The notes below the pieces were generated by a model, which saw only the letters and a program-made list of their open reading frames with translations, had not been told where the DNA came from and ran no database searches. The position numbers and the translations under genes were made by a program. A DNA stretch of 64,000 bases from Candidatus Omnitrophota bacterium (lineage in GTDB: Bacteria; Omnitrophota; Gorgyraeia; Zapsychrales; JANLHA01): the NCBI GenBank assembly GCA_023247795.1, contig JAHFFT010000005.1:8764-72763 (forward strand), given 5' to 3'. Within the stretch, counting starts at the first letter, position 1; every line of letters starts with the position of its first letter. This document shows positions 1 through 9,913 of this stretch, piece by piece.

Positions 1-1114
1 CGATCGACCCGTCGGGCAGGATCCCTTTTCCGTACATGACAAAACCGACCGGTTCCCGTGAATGTCGTCGTAATGCAATGGGTGTCGGGTGATCGGGAAC
101 GACCAAGATCCGCACCTCTTGCGATCGCTCAAAATGCTTGATGATCCTGCCCACAATTTCTCGATCAATATTTTCAATCGCCCGGATTTTTTCCTTGATA
201 TCGCCATTGTGCCCAGCCTCATCAGGGGCCTCGACGTGGATATAAACATAATCGCGGCTTTTCAGCGCCTTGATCGCGTATTCCGCTTTGGCTCGATAGT
301 CCGTATCATAGTATCCGGTGATCCCCGGTACATCAATGACTTTCAGTCCAATCAGTTTGCCGATGCCGTTGACCAGATCAACAGCGGAAATGATGGCACC
401 CTTAACACCAAATTTTTCTTCGAATCCAGGAAATTGTGGACGGATCCCCTGCCCCCATAACCAAATGCTGTTGGCTGGATTTTCTTTCAAGTCCAGACGG
501 ACCTGATTCACCTGATGATTCTCAAGGATAGTGCGGGCCTTTTCCATGATCTCAAGCAGTGGCTGGCTGGCCGGCCCTTTCGGTAAGTGCCTACTGACCA
601 GTTGCCCCAGGATATCATGAGCTGGAACCGATTTCATTTTCAAATAACTTTTCGGATCGCGCGTCGACAAAATCAACAAATGCCGATAACTCTTTCCCGT
701 CACAAACCGCCCACCCGCTAAATCCATTTGTTCATTGAGCGCTTTGATCAATTGGTCGGCTTGCTCTGTTGGGATATGCCCGGCGCTGTAATCGATCATT
801 TTGCCGTCAACAACGGTGATCAAATTGCAACGAAAGGCAACCTCGGAAGGGCCCAATTCAATATCATGATTGGCCGCCTCCAAAGGGGCCCTTCCGCTAA
901 AATATTTTTCCGGACGATAACCCAACAATGCCAAATTGCCGATGTCCGAACCTGGCTCAAACCTATCCGGAATGGTTTTGACCATTCCCGTTCGGCCGTT
1001 TTTCGCCAGATAATCCATATTTTTGGTGCGGGCTACCTCGAGCGGCGTTTTATTCCCCAATTCTGCCAATGGCCGATCAGCCATCCCATCAGGGACAATC
1101 ACAACATATTTCAT
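1..1114 (-). CDS. apgM: Cofactor-independent phosphoglycerate mutase ApgM family (3' end runs off window)
   Basis: Not in ORF track. Manual translation from ATG at 1114 gives MKYVVIVPDGMADRPLAELGNKTPLEVARTKNMD...PGSDIGNLALLGY...SGRAPLEAAN. ATGA overlap with the upstream stop. Confidence 0.9.
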   Translation of the reverse strand, partial: MKYVVIVPDGMADRPLAELGNKTPLEVARTKNMDYLAKNGRTGMVKTIPDRFEPGSDIGNLALLGYRPEKYFSGRAPLEAANHDIELGPSEVAFRCNLITVVDGKMIDYSAGHIPTEQADQLIKALNEQMDLAGGRFVTGKSYRHLLILSTRDPKSYLKMKSVPAHDILGQLVSRHLPKGPASQPLLEIMEKARTILENHQVNQVRLDLKENPANSIWLWGQGIRPQFPGFEEKFGVKGAIISAVDLVNGIGKLIGLKVIDVPGITGYYDTDYRAKAEYAIKALKSRDYVYIHVEAPDEAGHNGDIKEKIRAIENIDREIVGRIIKHFERSQEVRILVVPDHPTPIALRRHSREPVGFVMYGKGILPDGSI

Positions 1115-1746
1115 GCTCTCATCTCCAGAACTTGCAAAAGCTGCTGAACCATTTTTGTGCGGGACTTTGCTTTCGCTAAAACATTTTTGTTCTGATCAAC
1201 AATGATGCCCCGATAACCGTTGAGCAATTGATTGACCACCACATAATCACATTGTGCCTCGGATAAAAGGCCATTCAGCGACTGCGGTTGGCCTTGCGGC
1301 AATTGCGATTCCAACTTAAATCCAACCAAAAGACATTTTGGAAGGATTTTTTTAATTTCACAAATCAACTTTCTAGTCGGGACCAAGTTCAACTGTAAAA
1401 ACCTTTGTTCCGATGAAATTTTTGCCTTAAAAACCTTTCGCATCTGAAAATCAGAAACCGCTGCCGCATGAATCACCACGTCATAACGCTTTTTCTTCAA
1501 TTCATTTCGTAAAAGTTTGGCGAATTCGTCATAATAAAAAAAGGATTTGATCCGCGCCTTTTTCGTGCTCAACCGATTCTCAACCGGCCCTTCCAACGCC
1601 GTAACAACAGCCCCTTTGTTTAACAAAACCTCAACGAATTGCTGCCCTAACTGGCCGGAAGAACGATTGCTCAAAACCCGCATCCCGTCGATCGGCACCC
1701 AGGTGGGGCCATACGTCACTAAAAATTTTTTTCCCTTTAACTCCAC
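1111..1746 (-). CDS. coaB: Phosphopantothenate-cysteine ligase (stand-alone CoaB, C-terminal half of CoaBC)
   Basis: VTYGPTWVPIDGMRVLSNRSSGQLG, HAAAVSDF, LVGFKLE motifs; no CoaC flavoprotein domain. Confidence 0.85.
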   Translation of the reverse strand: MELKGKKFLVTYGPTWVPIDGMRVLSNRSSGQLGQQFVEVLLNKGAVVTALEGPVENRLSTKKARIKSFFYYDEFAKLLRNELKKKRYDVVIHAAAVSDFQMRKVFKAKISSEQRFLQLNLVPTRKLICEIKKILPKCLLVGFKLESQLPQGQPQSLNGLLSEAQCDYVVVNQLLNGYRGIIVDQNKNVLAKAKSRTKMVQQLLQVLEMRA

Positions 1747-1749
1747 GTT

Positions 1750-2805
1750 TCAAAATCCAATCGCTTTTAGGATGACGTCCATATCCGGCGGTAAACTCAC
1801 TGGCTTTTCAATGTTTTCGACTGCGATATGCGGATCTTTAAGTCCATGCCCCGTCAACGTACAAACAATCCGTCCACGTTTGTTCTGAAAATATCCTTGG
1901 GTATGAAGTTTTAAAATTCCAGCCACCGAAGCTGCCGAGGCCGGTTCCACAAAAACACCAGAATCCCCGGCAAGACGTTTATACGCCTCTAAAATTTCCT
2001 GATCTGTCACTTCATCAATCAATCCCTTTGATTCATCCCGTGCCTGCAGCGCCTTTTTCCAACTCGCTGGATTGCCGATCCGGATCGCTGTCGCGATCGT
2101 CTCCGGTTCTGACACAACCTTGCCGCGGACAATCGGGGCCGCGCCACTCGCTTGGAATCCAAGCATCTTCGGCAAGCGCTTTGCGCGTCCAGAATTATGA
2201 TATTCCTGATACCCTTGCCAATAAGCCGTGATGTTTCCAGCGTTACCGACGGGAATCGCGTGATACTCAGGAGCGTCCCCCAAACGATCACAGACCTCAA
2301 AACTGGCGGTCTTCTGGCCCTCAATGCGAAAAGGATTGATGGAGTTCACCAATTCAACGGGATATTTTTGCGTGATCGTTTTAACCAGCGTCAACGCGTC
2401 ATCAAAATTGCCCTTGATCGCGATCACCTTGGCCTGATGGATCAGGGCCTGCGCCAGTTTCCCTAAAGCGATGCTGCCTTCCGGAACAAGAACAATGCAT
2501 TTCAAAGCCCCACTCGCGGCAGCATAAGCCGCGGCCGAAGCCGAGGTATTTCCCGTCGAGGCACACATGACACACCGCGCCCCTTTCTCCAAGGCCTTTG
2601 AAATCGCCATGGTCATCCCTCGATCCTTAAAAGAACCCGTGGGATTCAAGCCTTCATATTTCAGATAGACCTCAAGACCGACCCGTTGACTTAAACTTTT
2701 GGACAAAAGCAACGGTGTATTTCCTTCTTGCAAAGTCACAATCGGTGTCTTATTGCTCACAGGCAGAAAATCTCGATAATGCTGTATGATTCCCGTCCAC
2801 ATCAT
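1750..2805 (-). CDS. thrC: Threonine synthase
   Basis: NPTGSFKDRG PLP-lysine motif, CASTGNTSAS, PVGNAGNI. Start moved to MMWTG, which follows an AAGGAAG RBS-like sequence. Confidence 0.95.
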   Translation of the reverse strand: MMWTGIIQHYRDFLPVSNKTPIVTLQEGNTPLLLSKSLSQRVGLEVYLKYEGLNPTGSFKDRGMTMAISKALEKGARCVMCASTGNTSASAAAYAAASGALKCIVLVPEGSIALGKLAQALIHQAKVIAIKGNFDDALTLVKTITQKYPVELVNSINPFRIEGQKTASFEVCDRLGDAPEYHAIPVGNAGNITAYWQGYQEYHNSGRAKRLPKMLGFQASGAAPIVRGKVVSEPETIATAIRIGNPASWKKALQARDESKGLIDEVTDQEILEAYKRLAGDSGVFVEPASAASVAGILKLHTQGYFQNKRGRIVCTLTGHGLKDPHIAVENIEKPVSLPPDMDVILKAIGF

Positions 2806-2818
2806 TTCTTCCTTGTGT

Positions 2819-4114
2819 TTATGGATTTTCCATGCGAATGGCAACCGGCTTGCTTTTGACCACCGGCAGTTTATGCAACTGTTCCAGCGCCAGCCGGACC
2901 TTTTTTTCCGGAGCCGGTTCCGTCAGCATAATGACCGGGACCGTTGAGGCGCGATTATGGGCCTTCTGTGTGAAGGAGTTGATGCCGATTTCATGTTGGC
3001 CCAAAATTCCGGTGATCTGCGATAAGACGCCCGGCTTATCGATCGCCATAATGCGGATATAAAACTTGGTCATAATATCGTCAATCATTCTCATCCGCAG
3101 ATCGGCCGTATCATGCGCTAAATTTGCTAAATTAGACCTGGCATCGCTGCCCTCATTGACGGCAATGTTCAACAAATCGCTGATCACACCCGAAGCTGCT
3201 GACATTTTGCCGGCCCCCTGCCCGGCCAAAAAGATATCCCCCAAAGGATCGGTCTCGACAAAGATCGCGTTGTCAACTCCATCGATGATCGCCAAGGGAT
3301 GATCTTTGGGAATCAACGTGGGATGCACCCGCGCCTCAATCTCTTGACCATGCTGTTTGGCAATAGCCAAAAGCTTAATGTTCAAACCCAAACTTTCGGC
3401 GTGCTCAATATCATCATGAGCGATATGCGCGATCCCTTCGGTATGGATGTCCTTCACCGAAATGAATTTTCCCATGGCGAGATTGACGAGGATGGCCAAC
3501 TTATAAGTCGCGTCCATGCCATTGATATCGAGCGTTGGGTCGCTTTCCGCGTAACCGTAATTTTTCGCATCAGCCAAGGCATGCTCGAAGGAATACCCTT
3601 TATCGGTCATCTCCGTCAGTATGTAATTGCAAGTCCCATTGATGATGCCGTACAAACCCTTAACGCGGTTTCCCACGATCCCTTCGGTTAACGTTCGGAT
3701 GATCGGAACCCCGGCCATGACCGAGGACTCATAATAAATATTCCGACCATTTTGATGGGCCTCCTCAAAAAGTTTTTGGCCAAGTGACGCAATCAACTCC
3801 TTATTGGCCGTGACCACATGCTTTTTCTTGCGCAACGCGTTCACGACGATCTCTTTCGCCGGGTTCACACCACCGATCAATTCGACAATGACATCGATCA
3901 TGGGATCTTTAACCAGCTCTTCCCATTGCGTCGTCAAAGAACATTTCTCAATGGTCTTATTGATTTTTTTGTCGATGCTGCGGTCACAGATCGATTTTAA
4001 GAAAAAATCAATGCCAAATCGATCTCTGATGAAGGAGCGCCGATCTTGAAGAAATTTGACCACACCGGAACCCACAGTTCCGAATCCAACAAGACCCAAA
4101 GTGATTTTTTTCAT
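2819..4114 (-). CDS. hom: Homoserine dehydrogenase with C-terminal ACT domain
   Basis: GFGTVGSG, VVTANKE, GIINGTCNYIL, GYAESDPTLDING, DKPGVLSQIT. Confidence 0.95.
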   Translation of the reverse strand: MKKITLGLVGFGTVGSGVVKFLQDRRSFIRDRFGIDFFLKSICDRSIDKKINKTIEKCSLTTQWEELVKDPMIDVIVELIGGVNPAKEIVVNALRKKKHVVTANKELIASLGQKLFEEAHQNGRNIYYESSVMAGVPIIRTLTEGIVGNRVKGLYGIINGTCNYILTEMTDKGYSFEHALADAKNYGYAESDPTLDINGMDATYKLAILVNLAMGKFISVKDIHTEGIAHIAHDDIEHAESLGLNIKLLAIAKQHGQEIEARVHPTLIPKDHPLAIIDGVDNAIFVETDPLGDIFLAGQGAGKMSAASGVISDLLNIAVNEGSDARSNLANLAHDTADLRMRMIDDIMTKFYIRIMAIDKPGVLSQITGILGQHEIGINSFTQKAHNRASTVPVIMLTEPAPEKKVRLALEQLHKLPVVKSKPVAIRMENP

Positions 4115-4119
4115 AAAGG

Positions 4120-4515
4120 TTACTCGATCTCTTTATTCACATAATGTTGGATGATTTTACTCAGAACAAACTCGGCCTGCGGCGATAGTTTGTAAAATTT
4201 GACCCGCGTTTCATAAATGATATTTTTAATCCGCTCAACGGATTCCAAAACCTCACCTTCAAAATGGGTCAATTCTAAAAAAAATGGCGTTTTGACTTCA
4301 ATCCCTAAGACGGTTCCTAATTTCATCTGGCGGTCAGTGATCAGTAGCATCCCCCCCAGAGAAATATTTTTAAGCTGCGACGCCGCGTAACGAACGTTAG
4401 GATCCAGCAGATCATAATACGTTAAGAGAAAATGTTTTGTAATCCGTGTTTCTTGTCGACGGTTCTTATTAGCCCGTCTATCTTGTCGATGCTTCAAATG
4501 ATCCTTTGGCCTCAT
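4120..4515 (-). CDS. Single-domain PilZ (c-di-GMP-binding) protein
   Basis: RxxxR (RQETR) followed by NISLGG (D/NxSxxG). Confidence 0.75.
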   Translation of the reverse strand: MRPKDHLKHRQDRRANKNRRQETRITKHFLLTYYDLLDPNVRYAASQLKNISLGGMLLITDRQMKLGTVLGIEVKTPFFLELTHFEGEVLESVERIKNIIYETRVKFYKLSPQAEFVLSKIIQHYVNKEIE

Positions 4516-4571
4516 GCGCTTTTCCTCAATATCACAGATTTTCCAGCAACAGACTTTACTTCATTCAAATG

Positions 4572-4645
4572 TCGGAGCGGTGAGATTTGAACTCACGACC
4601 TCTTGAACCCCATTCAAGTGCGCTAGCCAGCTGCGCTACGCCCCG
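4572..4645 (-). tRNA. tRNA-Pro(GGG)
   Basis: Reverse complement CGGGGCGTAGCGCAGCTGGCTAGCGCACTTGAAT-GGG-GTTCAAGAGGTCGTGAGTTCAAATCTCACCGCTCCGA folds as a cloverleaf; CCA not encoded. Confidence 0.95.
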
Positions 4646-4727
4646 AACAAAGACACTTGAATTTTCATTGCCTAAAGACTAGATGAACACAGCGAGAAAC
4701 AAAAATCAAAATGTAAATTTGGCAAAT

Positions 4728-4755
4728 ATTATACTACAGAATCAACGACGCGCAA
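4728..4755 (-). promoter_or_regulatory. Putative sigma70 promoter for tRNA-Pro
   Basis: TTGCGC-16 nt-TATAAT on the minus strand. Confidence 0.5.
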
Positions 4756-4782
4756 AGCAAATTGATAACAGGGATTATTTTC

Positions 4783-4853
4783 TAGTTCATGTTACAAGTC
4801 TTAGGTCTTAAGCAACTTACAACTTTAGTCCTGAATCTTGAGTCTTTAAACTT
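4783..4853. repeat. Heptamer-periodic palindromic element, copy A (degenerate)
   Basis: tgttaca agtctta ggtctta ... tgaatct tgagtct ttaaact; just past the gpsA stop. Confidence 0.55.
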
Positions 4854-4860
4854 GGGGAGG

Positions 4861-5856
4861 CTATTCGGATTTAAGTTCTCTGGACATCAGATCAAAAACA
4901 GCTTGCTTAGGGTTCTTTTTATGATAGATGATCTTATAGACCTCTTCGGTAATGGGCATGCTGATACGATATTTTCGGCTCAAACGTACCGCTGCTTTGC
5001 TGGTCACAACGCCTTCTGCCACCATGGCCATCCGCGAAAGGATTTGATCTATGCTTTTTCCTTTACCTAACTGCTCGCCCACATGACGATTCCGACTCTG
5101 CGAACTGACACAGGTCGTGACCAAATCCCCCAGACCGCTCAATCCAAAAAAGGTCTTTTCCTTGGCGCCCATCGCCACCCCTAGGCGCGCGATTTCCGCA
5201 AGTCCCCGGGTCAAAATGGCTGCCTTAGCGTTGGTGCCAAAACCCAATCCGTCGCAAACCCCGCAGGCAATGGCAATGATATTTTTTAAACTGCCCCCCA
5301 ACTCAACACCAACGACATCCGTATGCCGATAAATTCTAAAGCTGTCGGAATGCAAGACGCGCTGAAGCTGTTCTGCGAGTGGTCGTTTGGAAGCAGCAAT
5401 GACCGCGGTCGTAGGGATGGACTTCGCCACTTCCATGGCGATCGTCGGACCGGATAAAACCGCCAAAGGAATTTTCCCCAGATGTTTTTCAATGATTTCC
5501 GACGTGCGCAACAGTGAATGGGGATCGATGCCTTTGATCACACTCAATACCCATTTCCCTTTCAGAGGCCATTTTTTAATTTTCAGCAAGGCCCCTTCCA
5601 AATACTGTGATGGGGTCGCGAGAATGATCAAATCCGCTTTGTTGGTGGCCTCACCCATGTCAGTGGTCATCGTAACATTGGCCGGAATTCGAATTCCCGG
5701 CAGGAACTGATCGTTCAACCGACTCTTCTTCACTTTGTTAATCATCTCCGGAAAGGGTCCCCAAAGCTCAACCGCGTATTTCTTTTTCGCCAAATAGACC
5801 GCCAGAGTCGTCCCCCAGCTTCCGTCCCCGATAATGGATATTTGCGTGATTTTCAT
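4861..5856 (-). CDS. gpsA: NAD(P)H-dependent glycerol-3-phosphate dehydrogenase
   Basis: IIGDGSWGTTLA, LSGPTIA, GGSLKNIIAIACG, GLGDLVTTC, SRN. Start at MKITQ; the ORF-track extension overlaps the upstream gene. Confidence 0.95.
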   Translation of the reverse strand: MKITQISIIGDGSWGTTLAVYLAKKKYAVELWGPFPEMINKVKKSRLNDQFLPGIRIPANVTMTTDMGEATNKADLIILATPSQYLEGALLKIKKWPLKGKWVLSVIKGIDPHSLLRTSEIIEKHLGKIPLAVLSGPTIAMEVAKSIPTTAVIAASKRPLAEQLQRVLHSDSFRIYRHTDVVGVELGGSLKNIIAIACGVCDGLGFGTNAKAAILTRGLAEIARLGVAMGAKEKTFFGLSGLGDLVTTCVSSQSRNRHVGEQLGKGKSIDQILSRMAMVAEGVVTSKAAVRLSRKYRISMPITEEVYKIIYHKKNPKQAVFDLMSRELKSE

Positions 5857-5884
5857 TTTCAACGAATAGAATTTTTTTTCATTT

Positions 5885-6583
5885 CTAAATAAAAATTTCG
5901 CGAAAGACCTCAAACATATACGCGGCACCCCAGCGTAACACTTGCAGCTTACGCACTCCGCCTTCACGTTTCGGTTCATCGCCGGGCACATCCGCCACTC
6001 TGAACTTATACTTAGCACAGCGAATGGAAAGCAAGGGTTCCCAACTGACCACAGTTTGAAATAATTTTTCTTCAAATGCGTAGCTGCCATCCTTGTCCAG
6101 ATTAAGCCGCGAAATCAAATCCTTTTTATAGGCGCGATAAATCACCATCGCGTCGGTGTAATGACCGCCATGGAATAAATTGATCAGTGTTGTAAACAAG
6201 CTGTTCCCGAACGCGGTTATGATATCATCATCATAGCTCCTGGCCCCTTCTGCGTATCGTGAAACAATGACCATATCATAGCCCTCTTTCATTTTTCGAA
6301 TGCACTCCGGAATGATCTCCGGAATGGAATTCCCGTCGGGACTGAAGGTCAAAATGACATCCCCTTCAATAAAGGGAAGGGCCTCCATGTAGGCATGACG
6401 CATCCCCTTCTTTTTTTGGATGACCAGCGGCCAGCCTTTTTCCCGAACAAACTCGATCGTGCCATCGGTTGATTGTCCATCAACAACCAAAAGTTGATCA
6501 ACCCATTCGGGTTTGACCCGCGGCATGATCGACTTCATCCCTTCAATTTCATTAAGAGTCGGAATAAGAAGAGTGACTTTCAT
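5885..6583 (-). CDS. GT2 glycosyltransferase (polyprenol-phosphate glycosyltransferase-like)
   Basis: IPTLNE, VVDGQSTDGT, FSPDGNS, YDMVIVSRY. Confidence 0.8.
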   Translation of the reverse strand: MKVTLLIPTLNEIEGMKSIMPRVKPEWVDQLLVVDGQSTDGTIEFVREKGWPLVIQKKKGMRHAYMEALPFIEGDVILTFSPDGNSIPEIIPECIRKMKEGYDMVIVSRYAEGARSYDDDIITAFGNSLFTTLINLFHGGHYTDAMVIYRAYKKDLISRLNLDKDGSYAFEEKLFQTVVSWEPLLSIRCAKYKFRVADVPGDEPKREGGVRKLQVLRWGAAYMFEVFREIFI

Positions 6584-6674
6584 GGTCGAAAAAATTTTTT
6601 GTTATACCTGGCAGCCATTTTAGGTATACACATATTTCTCGTTTTAACACCGCACGCCGTTTATGATCAGTGAT

Positions 6675-6748
6675 TGGAGCGGGAGAAGGGAATCGAACCC
6701 TCGCTACCAGCTTGGAAGGCTGGAGTTCTACCACTGAACTACTCCCGC
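6675..6748 (-). tRNA. tRNA-Gly(TCC)
   Basis: GCGGGAGTAGTTCAGTGGTAGAACTCCAGCCT-TCC-AAGCTGG...GGTTCGATTCCCTTCTCCCGCTCCA; CCA encoded. Confidence 0.97.
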
Positions 6749-6758
6749 TTTAAAAATG

Positions 6759-6841
6759 TGGGCAGGGAAGGATTCGAACCTCCGAAGGGCGAACCCAACA
6801 GATTTACAGTCTGTCCTCGTTGACCACTTGAGTACCTGCCC
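6759..6841 (-). tRNA. tRNA-Tyr(GTA)
   Basis: GGGCAGGTACTCAAGTGGTCAACGAGGACAGACT-GTA-AATCTGT, long variable arm, GGTTCGAATCC. Confidence 0.97.
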
Positions 6842-6857
6842 AGAAATTTTGGATATT

Positions 6858-7117
<260 letters not shown>

Positions 7118-7211
7118 TTAATTTTCACTGATACTCAAATCCAACCTACAAATGGCGAATAATTTTAACCGGTCACAGCGTCTAAACATTCTACATTAAA
7201 GACGAGGCTGT

Positions 7212-7239
7212 ATTATACCCCACAAGATAATTTTGTAAA
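7212..7239 (-). promoter_or_regulatory. Putative sigma70 promoter for the tRNA cluster
   Basis: TTTACA-16 nt-TATAAT on the minus strand. Confidence 0.5.
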
Positions 7240-7290
7240 ATATTATTCTTTCGTAATTGAATCAAAAATTTTAGTTACCATCAGTTTTGC

Positions 7291-7319
7291 TTGAATCTCA
7301 AATTCAATGCATTTATAAT
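7291..7319 (+). promoter_or_regulatory. Putative sigma70 promoter for the STT3 gene
   Basis: TTGAAT-17 nt-TATAAT. Confidence 0.55.
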
Positions 7320-7371
7320 CAACGGATCATCAAATGAGAACAGCATTTAAAAACCCAGGAATTCCTTTTTT

Positions 7372-9873
7372 GTGATCAGGCAAAAAAATATCGCAGCAAA
7401 CATCATTATTGGACTTCTTGCTGTCAGCATAGCCCTCTGGTTTAGACTTTACCCAATTTTTGTTCACCCCTCTTTCGACGCCGAAGAAAAAGCAACCGTT
7501 CAGGTCATCAGCCGCGTAAGGGAAATTATCGCAAAAAACCTGTCAACAGCTGACCCCGCGCTGATCAATCAAGTGTTCAATCAAGTCCTTAAATCCGATA
7601 ATCAAAAATTCCGCGACTCAATCCAGACGCTCTCACGTCAAATCGATGAAAACGAGCACCAACCATCCAGAGGACTCTTGTCGAAACGACATCTTTTGGA
7701 TCCGGATTCCTACTATTTTTATGGCTTAAGTAAAAAACTTCTCACGCAGGGTAAAATCGCCGACCACTGGAAGGGCAGTAAATATCTCAATGACGCCATG
7801 CTTGCCCCCTTAGGCCATTGGAACCCAGTGACTTTGCATCCCTACATTGGCAACTGGATTTATTCTGTCCTAAAAAAATTCATACCCGATATTACCTTAA
7901 TGAACGCCGTCAGCTGCACGCCATTGCTGATCACCTTCCTCGTCATTTTTCCTCTGCTGGGTTTATATCGGATGATCGGCTTGAGTTCTGTCTCATCGCT
8001 GATTGGGGCGATTTACTTTCTACTCTCTCCCATCTATCTCAGAAGAAGCATGTACGGCTGGTACGACAACGATTGCTATAATATTTTTTTCCCGGTCCTC
8101 ATCCTGTATTTTTTCTTCTGTGTCTTAAAAAACAAAAGAAATAAAACCCAAATTCTTGCGGCCGCGGCCTGCTGTGTTTCTTTGATCCTTTACACTTACT
8201 TTTGGCAAGGATGGGTTTATCTCTTCAGCGTTGTCACCTTGTCGAGTTTGCTCATTTTCATCCTATGCCTTCTCTTCTATCAGCGGCACCTGCTAAAAAA
8301 CTCCTGGCGATTGCTGTTAGGCATTTTCTGTAGTTTCCTTGCCGCCTACATTGCCCTTTTTGGATTTATGGATTTCATTTCGCTCTTTGAAGAGGGGTGG
8401 GACGCCATCACAAAATTCCTTAACCCGCAATTGGGCTTATGGCCCAATATCTTTATCAGCGTCGGAGAACTGAACAAAACGACCTTGCCTCTGCTGCTGG
8501 AACTGCTCGGGGGGCCTGTTTTTCTACTTTTATCCGTCTGGGGATTTATCGTACTCACGACTCGAGCGATTAAGTCCAAAGACCCCGTCAAACAAGCCCA
8601 AGGAATCACCCTTTCCATTTTATTGTCGTCCTCGCTGGTCTTGGCGCTGAAGGCGCAGCGTTTCAATTTATTGCTCCTGGTCCCGCTGGGCTTAGTTTTT
8701 CCAGTGGGGGTTGAACACCTCCTTACTCTGCTCGCTAAACCCATCCGTTTATTTCAGCAGCCGGCGGCAAGAAAAGAAATCACCATTCACTGCGCGACGT
8801 GCTTATGTGCCATCGTCTTGATTGCTTTTCCTCTTCACACCGCGCATCAATTGGCGCAAATCATCCGCTCCATCTTCAATGACGCCTGGGAATCGGTCTT
8901 ACTCAAAATCAAAGATGAAACCCCTAAGGGCAGCATTATCGACACCTGGTGGCCGCCGGGGCATTTCATCACCTCGATCGCGGAAAGGCGCGTCACCTTC
9001 GATGGAGCAACCATCAACGTCCCCCAGGCTTACTGGATGGCGAATGTCTTTTTGAGTCCCGACGAAGAACATGCCCTGGGCATCCTACGGATGCTCAATG
9101 ACAGCGCTAATCAGGCGTCGGAATATCTTATCAGCCTAGGCATGGAACTGTCCACGGCCGTTGATTTGTTAAAAACAATTACAGTTATCCCTCAGAATCA
9201 GGCAAAGGAATTCCTTCACGCCCATTTGACCAATGAACAAACTGAGCACCTTTTGGGTTTGACGCACTCCGCTCCACCACCTAGCTATCTGTTTGTTTAC
9301 AACGATCTTGTTGAAAAAAACATCTTATTGTCCTTTACGGCAAGGTGGAGCATTTCCGATATTGAAAAAATCAATCGCAACAAAATACTGTTAAAAGAAA
9401 TCTTAAATCAAAAACTACCTGACTACGTCAACACCCTCTGGGAGATGCAGGGCGGACAGACCCGTTTCAGCGAAATCCTTACTCAAAAACAAAAATTGGG
9501 AGATATGATTGTTTTTGATCAAGGGGTCTCGATCAATCTTAATAATTTGGAATGTCGAATCGCGTCCTCCACGTTCGGAAAAGGAACTCCGGTGAGTTTG
9601 GTGTATCTTAACAATGGGATCATCACCGAGCATCTCTACGACGACCACAACCTCACCTATTCGGTGATTCTTTTTCAAGAACCGGAAGGTTATCAATGCA
9701 TCTTAGCCGATCCCATCCTTGCCCGTTCCTTGCTGATCAAATTGTATTATTTTGATGGGGCGGGACTCAAAGCATTCAAACTTTTTGCTAAACAGAGTGA
9801 CTTGACTGGCCGCACACAGATTTTCGTCTATCAAGTGGATTGGACGAATTTCCTAAAGACAAATTCCAATTAA
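7372..9873 (+). CDS. STT3/PglB/AglB-family oligosaccharyltransferase
   Basis: Many TM helices; DPDSYYF, GWYDND, SVGEL (SVSE/TIXE-like), DTWWPPGH (WWDxG position), RRVTFDG. Confidence 0.85.
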   Translation: MIRQKNIAANIIIGLLAVSIALWFRLYPIFVHPSFDAEEKATVQVISRVREIIAKNLSTADPALINQVFNQVLKSDNQKFRDSIQTLSRQIDENEHQPSRGLLSKRHLLDPDSYYFYGLSKKLLTQGKIADHWKGSKYLNDAMLAPLGHWNPVTLHPYIGNWIYSVLKKFIPDITLMNAVSCTPLLITFLVIFPLLGLYRMIGLSSVSSLIGAIYFLLSPIYLRRSMYGWYDNDCYNIFFPVLILYFFFCVLKNKRNKTQILAAAACCVSLILYTYFWQGWVYLFSVVTLSSLLIFILCLLFYQRHLLKNSWRLLLGIFCSFLAAYIALFGFMDFISLFEEGWDAITKFLNPQLGLWPNIFISVGELNKTTLPLLLELLGGPVFLLLSVWGFIVLTTRAIKSKDPVKQAQGITLSILLSSSLVLALKAQRFNLLLLVPLGLVFPVGVEHLLTLLAKPIRLFQQPAARKEITIHCATCLCAIVLIAFPLHTAHQLAQIIRSIFNDAWESVLLKIKDETPKGSIIDTWWPPGHFITSIAERRVTFDGATINVPQAYWMANVFLSPDEEHALGILRMLNDSANQASEYLISLGMELSTAVDLLKTITVIPQNQAKEFLHAHLTNEQTEHLLGLTHSAPPPSYLFVYNDLVEKNILLSFTARWSISDIEKINRNKILLKEILNQKLPDYVNTLWEMQGGQTRFSEILTQKQKLGDMIVFDQGVSINLNNLECRIASSTFGKGTPVSLVYLNNGIITEHLYDDHNLTYSVILFQEPEGYQCILADPILARSLLIKLYYFDGAGLKAFKLFAKQSDLTGRTQIFVYQVDWTNFLKTNSN

Positions 9874-9913
9874 GATGATGGCCTCACTGTCAATAGCTAC
9901 AAAAAAACATATG

